Notes under the pieces: model-generated
Database searches by the model: none
The model's input: the letters and a program-made list of their open reading frames with translations, nothing else
Told to the model about the DNA's origin: nothing
Program-made: the position numbers and the translations under genes
Source of the DNA: a virus
Virus record (IMG/VR): IMGVR_UViG_3300049491_000383
Location: 72,080 to 136,079 of that record
DNA: 64,000 bases
Direction: 5' to 3' (one strand)
Shown: positions 63,155-64,000 of the stretch, in pieces
How the letters are laid out: each line of letters begins with the position of its first letter
Position numbering within the stretch: position 1 is the stretch's first letter

Positions 63155-63562
63155 TTAATAACTTTTACCCTTGGCATATAGTTGGCGGCGATAATGTCGT
63201 CCATTACCATAGTTTTTCGCCTTATATGTAGGGGTCTTGCTATGGCAATTCGGACACAGAAGTTCTATGTTATCTTCCATATCATTCTGACTATTGCCAT
63301 CTTTATGTTCGAGTTCAAGTGTTATAGGTTCACCCAACCATGTATCATTATGACACATATTGCATTCACCAGCTTGTTTCTCAAACAAATATCTTTTCAA
63401 CCATCCGGGCGAGCCTGCTACACGAGTAGATTTTCCCGTAAGTTTCCATTCAGCTACACGAAGTTCGTATATAGCATCCTGTTGACATTTATGATTACAG
63501 TATTTTCCATTTGACCAGTTTGGTTTATGGACATCTTTCTTACATTGTTGGCAAATAAACAT
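63155..63562 (-). CDS. HNH homing endonuclease
   Basis: YCN..C, LELEHKDGN...N..LLCPNCH. Confidence 0.9.
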   Translation of the reverse strand: MFICQQCKKDVHKPNWSNGKYCNHKCQQDAIYELRVAEWKLTGKSTRVAGSPGWLKRYLFEKQAGECNMCHNDTWLGEPITLELEHKDGNSQNDMEDNIELLCPNCHSKTPTYKAKNYGNGRHYRRQLYAKGKSY

Positions 63563-63594
63563 GTCTTGCTAATATAATTGGCTAAGCTAAGCCA

Positions 63595-63623
63595 ATTATA
63601 TTACGTAGATCTTCTTTTGTCAA
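63595..63623 (-). promoter_or_regulatory. consensus sigma70 promoter overlapped by a 14-bp inverted repeat
   Basis: TTGACA-17 nt-TATAAT; TAATATAATTGGCT/AGCCAATTATATTA. Confidence 0.7.
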
Positions 63624-63629
63624 CCAAAT

Positions 63630-63704
63630 TGGCGCCGTAGACGAGAATCGAACTCGCTTGCATCCGCTAGACAGGCGGCGACCCTTCCAAAGAGCTACTA
63701 CGGC
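63630..63704 (-). tRNA. tRNA-Asp(GTC)
   Basis: Loop CT-GTC-TA, G73. Confidence 0.8.
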
Positions 63705-63749
63705 AAATATGTTGAGTATTTATATAGACGCTCTCCAGCGCCATTGTTA

Positions 63750-63820
63750 TGGTGGACCTGTGGGGAGTTGAACCCCAAGCGTCGCATTGCAAGTGCAATT
63801 CCTGACCCGTCAGCAAGCCC
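63750..63820 (-). tRNA. tRNA-Ala(TGC), compact D-arm
   Basis: G3:U70, A73, loop CT-TGC-AA; D-arm CTGAC-GG-GTCAG. Confidence 0.78.
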
Positions 63821-63967
63821 ATATTAAATTCCTAAGACTACCTGCAGGTAGTTGTCGTCTCGAGAGGGCGAGTTTTAACAAACCATACTTCACGTTAAAA
63901 CCAATGCCTGGCTTTCGCCGGCGGGCGCTACTTGGGACTCAAGCCCTTCGTCTATCTTAGGAAAGAT

Positions 63968-64000
63968 TGGTGGGTGCTATAGGATTCGAACCTATTCAGG
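63968..64000 (-). tRNA. 3' part of a tRNA, truncated by the window edge
   Basis: T-arm ATAGG-TTCGAAT-CCTAT and ...CACCCACCA. Confidence 0.75.

Noticed and set aside
1-64000. Genome-wide stop-codon recoding
   Set aside because: Genes are intact under code 11 and both TAG and TGA end ordinary ORFs. Only the RF1-like gene shows an internal stop.

Overview
This window is part of a large (jumbo, T4-like or myovirus-like) bacteriophage genome and is almost entirely minus-strand. It is a tRNA and translation-control region. I read about 65 tRNA genes by eye, covering all 20 amino acids plus an amber (CUA) suppressor, and many have non-canonical cloverleafs. It also has a circularly permuted (two-piece) tmRNA, an RNase P RNA, an RF1-like release factor with an in-frame UGA, two Pth2-like proteins, a RelA/SpoT-type HD hydrolase and an RNA ligase. 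Other genes include rIIA, DHFR, DenV, NADAR, spanins and four tRNA-flanking homing endonucleases. A roughly 10-kb cluster encodes an acyl carrier protein, two fatty-acid desaturases, GNATs, radical SAM enzymes and 2OG-Fe(II) oxygenases. The most striking feature is a dispersed family of at least 9 non-coding RNAs. Each has a covarying ~7-bp closing helix followed by a conserved TWCMGCAA motif. Their cargo is a bare anticodon stem-loop (Thr-UGU, Lys-UUU, Tyr-GUA), a circularly permuted tRNA, a CCA-ending tRNA carrying the motif as an insert, or other hairpins. Three of them lie upstream of a Ro60/TROVE-like vWA protein (DUF2828 type), apparently in one transcription unit, and an RNA ligase gene is nearby. 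I infer a non-canonical Ro60/Y-RNA-like tRNA decoy or repair system. All calls come from reading the sequence by hand; no searches or folding programs were run.
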